From the IMG/VR virus record IMGVR_UViG_3300032242_003291, positions 186,001 to 250,000 of that record: DNA of 64,000 nt; one strand, given 5' to 3'. The position numbers and the translations under genes are program-made. Below the pieces are notes generated by a model. That model saw only the letters and a list, made by a program, of their open reading frames with translations. It was not told where the DNA came from and ran no database searches. Positions 63,322 to 64,000 of this stretch are shown here, in pieces. Each line of letters opens with the position of its first letter. Positions within the stretch are counted from its first letter, which is position 1.

Positions 63322-63609
63322 TTAAGAAACTTTTTCATTTTTCTTCTTTTTCTTTTCTTTATCTTTTTGGTATTGTGCCGCGGTGTTTAAAGAAACTGCT
63401 GCCGCCTCATCGATTAAAACTTTATCAGTTTCGTGATTAGGATTAACTTCCGTTTCAACAACTTTCTTTCCTTTTGATAACTTCCACTCTGTTTTGGAAA
63501 TATATTGCCAGCTGCTGCCGACCATATTCATTGCAGTTTTTTCATCAACTCTTTTGATGTCACCTACATCTACGCCTTTAGACGCTCTGATTGCTTTGAT
63601 ACACTTCAT
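63322..63609 (-). CDS. hypothetical protein
   Basis: 95 aa, basic tail. Confidence 0.7.
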   Translation of the reverse strand: MKCIKAIRASKGVDVGDIKRVDEKTAMNMVGSSWQYISKTEWKLSKGKKVVETEVNPNHETDKVLIDEAAAVSLNTAAQYQKDKEKKKKKNEKVS

Positions 63610-63817
63610 TGGTTTTTTCCTCCATGTTTTTTTTGTTATTTATAATAGATAGAATCTCTTCATCAGTTTTTCCCTGAATGAATAGTTCATATATTTCTAC
63701 GCTTTCATCATCTTCGAAAGTGAGTCCATCACTTTTTCCGTAATACTTTCTTAAACCGCCTTCGCTCAAGGCTCTATAACTTCTTTCAAAGTCTACATAT
63801 CGTTGATTGAATCCCAT
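63578..63817 (-). CDS. hypothetical early protein
   Basis: Promoter at 63822-63853. Confidence 0.75.
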   Translation of the reverse strand: MGFNQRYVDFERSYRALSEGGLRKYYGKSDGLTFEDDESVEIYELFIQGKTDEEILSIINNKKNMEEKTNEVYQSNQSV

Positions 63818-63821
63818 ACAA

Positions 63822-63853
63822 CAAAGATAGTAAAATTATAATTCAGAGTCAAA
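63822..63853 (-). promoter_or_regulatory. Bacteroidota primary-sigma promoter
   Basis: TTTG-N20-TATCTTTG. Confidence 0.85.
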
Positions 63854-64000
63854 ATTACTTATCTTTTGAAAATTAACTACCTGAAAGACATATTGCATAA
63901 TTTTACGTTTCATAATTGGAATTAACGTTTCTTGCATTGGAAATGATTGTGAACATCTTGTTTCAAAGATTGGGAACTCTTTGTAATTTTCAACATTTGT

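Noticed and set aside
1-64000. CRISPR array, DGR, retron or integrase
   Set aside because: No repeat-spacer periodicity, reverse transcriptase, TR/VR pair or recombinase is visible.
1-64000. Stop-codon reassignment
   Set aside because: Recognisable enzymes are full length in the standard code, and TAA, TAG and TGA all end genes.
1-64000. Bacterial chromosome or eukaryotic giant virus origin
   Set aside because: No housekeeping operons; Bacteroidota promoters, intrinsic terminators and overlapping stop/start pairs fit a bacteriophage. No structural hallmark gene is present to prove it.

Overview
This window looks like an accessory/auxiliary arm of a large AT-rich bacteriophage infecting Bacteroidota. 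It is densely packed with about 120 mostly small, mostly minus-strand CDSs. No capsid, portal, terminase or polymerase gene is in the window, so the phage call is inferred. Host evidence is more than a dozen exact Bacteroidota primary-sigma promoters (TTTG-N20-TAnnTTTG). Recognisable genes: IscA, cyclophilin, NucA-type nuclease, HNH and GIY-YIG endonucleases, pterin-carbinolamine dehydratase, three sulfotransferases, CysC with a small HxGH nucleotidyltransferase, and a glycan cluster (three GT2s, Glf, NeuD-like acyltransferase, LpxH-like phosphoesterase, BKACE). Also present are cell-wall enzymes and binders, NUDIX, DHH, SPFH, DUF192, an N4-C methylase and an initiator-type tRNA-Met. The main unexplained structures are: (1) more than 20 unrelated proteins share an N-terminal [I/L]-x-E leader and mostly sit behind a second promoter-like motif, TATTTAT, suggesting a protease-cleaved capsid-targeting system for injected cargo; (2) a 31.8-34.1 kb region with paired DnaA boxes, G-runs and convergent promoters (candidate origin); (3) a stable-RNA cluster with a ~760-nt GOLLD-like RNA, boxA-like sites and two small structured RNAs; (4) expanded paralog families, including a tandem array of six overlapping genes. 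All product calls come from motif reading only; no database search was run.
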